Part shown: one piece after another, positions 62,456 to 64,000 of the stretch
How positions within the stretch are numbered: the first letter of the stretch is position 1
Layout: each line of letters begins with the position of its first letter
Assembly: GCA_963707505.1 (NCBI GenBank)
Contig: CAVPQB010000001.1
Span: 1-64,000 of the forward strand
Length of the DNA stretch: 64,000 nucleotides
DNA from: an uncultured Gemmatimonadales bacterium
GTDB lineage: Bacteria; Gemmatimonadota; Gemmatimonadetes; Gemmatimonadales; Gemmatimonadaceae
Direction: 5' to 3'
Translations under genes and position numbers: made by a program
Notes under the pieces: generated by a model
What the model saw: the letters and a program-made list of their open reading frames with translations, nothing else
Database searches by the model: none
Told to the model about the DNA's origin: nothing

Positions 62456-64000
62456 TGCCGTTGCTGCGCCATCTTCAGTGCGTTGTACGCGTTTACGATG
62501 CCGCCTGTCACAGATAGCGACGCGAACGGAACAGTCTCACCGGATTTACTGCCGGGCACCAGCGAAGCGCTATTGTACCGAGTCGCCGAATCGAGGATTA
62601 TCCGCCGCACCTGCGCCACTGTGAGGTTGGGGTAGTACGACATGATCAACGCCGCCAATCCCGTCACGACTGGAGCCGCCATGCTCGTACCACTCAGCCG
62701 TTCATAGCCACCACCCTGCACCGTCGACAGAATGTCCTCGCCCGGCGCGAACACATCGACCTTGTCATGACTGTAATTCGAGAACGCGACCGCGAGCGTG
62801 TCACCGCCGCGCCACGATGACGCGCCAACTTCTATCCAGTTTGCCGCCCGACCGCCGCCTGTATACTCCGGCGTCGGAAAGTTCGATGCGGTGTCGAGGC
62901 TCGCGCCGTCATTCCCTGCGGCGACAACCATGAGCACTCCGTGCGCGTCCGCATATTTCACTGCAGCATCGACGGCGCTCTTGAATGGTGAGTACGGCTT
63001 GCCGAAGCTCATGTTGATCACGCGTGCGCCGTTGTCCACCGCGTACCGAATCGCGTTCGCGATGTCCTTGTCGCGCTCGTCGCCATCCGGCACGGCACGA
63101 ACAGGCATGATCAACGCAGCTGACGCGACTCCTTCAATACCGACACCATCCTGCGGCATCGCGGCAATTATGCCGGCTACGTGCGTACCGTGTTTCGCAT
63201 CAGGCCCTGTCACATCCGTATTGCCATAGCTGCGCTGTGACAGATCTGCGTAGTTGTCGCCAACGATTGTGCGCGGGTCGTAATCCGGATTCAATCCGTA
63301 CTGCGACTGCACACTGTATTCGTCTACCGCCTCGGTTACAGCTTCCGGCGTCGCCCCCTGCTGCGCGAGCTGCAGATAGAGTCCGCGCGCCGCAACGACC
63401 TGCGGCGACGTGGCTGCAAGCGCTTCAACATTTGCCGGAGTGAGACTGTCCGTTCCAGCCGCCTGCGCCAGAATCGGCAATGCACGCTTCATCACTGCAT
63501 CGATTGTCCGCATCTGATCGAGCGTGGAATTGATCTCGGTCTTCTTCCTTGCGTAATCCGCCGATACCTTGCTGCATGTTGTCGAATCGATCGCGGGCAT
63601 TGCGCGCTCGGTTACAGTCTGCGGCGTTCCGGCACAGCGGACGAACATGCGGGTGAGCTCGAACGTGTCGTACTGGACGTCCTTGCCGTCGGCGCCGCCA
63701 ATGAAGTTCCAGCCATGCACGTCGTCCACATGGCCGTTGTGATCGTCATCCTTGCCATTGCCAGCGATTTCCTTTCGATTCGTCCAGAGTCGCGTCCTGA
63801 GCGCCGCGTGCGCGGTATCCACTCCCCCATCTATCACGGCGACGACAACAGATTGCCTCGGAGCCTTGCCGTTGAGCAGCTCGCGCTGCGCACGCAGCAG
63901 GCTTATGCCCGGATAATGATCGATGGAATCATCCAGCAACTGCCAGTTGCGCGGCGCCGTGCGCACTCCTGAAGTCGTGACAGCTGGTTGAAGCGTCGGC
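62452..64000 (-). CDS. S8 subtilisin-like serine peptidase (5' end off window)
   Basis: VIDGGVD, HGTHVAG, AAGND, GTSMAAP; frame open to the window edge; ATGA overlap with the GH2 gene. Confidence 0.93.
   Translation of the reverse strand, partial: PTLQPAVTTSGVRTAPRNWQLLDDSIDHYPGISLLRAQRELLNGKAPRQSVVVAVIDGGVDTAHAALRTRLWTNRKEIAGNGKDDDHNGHVDDVHGWNFIGGADGKDVQYDTFELTRMFVRCAGTPQTVTERAMPAIDSTTCSKVSADYARKKTEINSTLDQMRTIDAVMKRALPILAQAAGTDSLTPANVEALAATSPQVVAARGLYLQLAQQGATPEAVTEAVDEYSVQSQYGLNPDYDPRTIVGDNYADLSQRSYGNTDVTGPDAKHGTHVAGIIAAMPQDGVGIEGVASAALIMPVRAVPDGDERDKDIANAIRYAVDNGARVINMSFGKPYSPFKSAVDAAVKYADAHGVLMVVAAGNDGASLDTASNFPTPEYTGGGRAANWIEVGASSWRGGDTLAVAFSNYSHDKVDVFAPGEDILSTVQGGGYERLSGTSMAAPVVTGLAALIMSYYPNLTVAQVRRIILDSATRYNSASLVPGSKSGETVPFASLSVTGGIVNAYNALKMAQQRQ

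Overview
GC-rich bacterial chromosomal window. The gene content suggests Gemmatimonadota (inference, not verified). About 50 CDS can be supported. Many are secreted or periplasmic hydrolases: M1, S8, S9, S10, S15 and M20 peptidases, gamma-glutamyltransferase, amidohydrolase, BNR/VPS10 proteins and a Tat-exported GH2 beta-galactosidase. Main points of interest: (1) a tandem, mostly translationally coupled array of five Hanks-type Ser/Thr kinases at 32.0-44.5 kb, plus a sixth at 47.3 kb, pairing a conserved kinase with two kinds of divergent C-terminal module (TolB-N/TPR or PD40 beta-propeller); (2) an in-frame chimera of the N-terminus of a type I R-M HsdM and the C-terminus of a YgjP/M48-like HExxH protein, apparently the scar of a deleted R-M operon; (3) a comD-comE-PLP enzyme-NSS transporter-cyclase operon with none of the usual ComDE pathway partners; (4) dispersed intergenic GGGTCAG-capped inverted-repeat (REP/MITE-like) elements and shared palindromes; (5) gene remnants and a Phd-VapC toxin-antitoxin pair. 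Four genes carry single-base frameshifts that may be assembly errors. No rRNA, tRNA, CRISPR array, integrase or transposase was seen. Family calls come from motif recognition by eye, not database searches.
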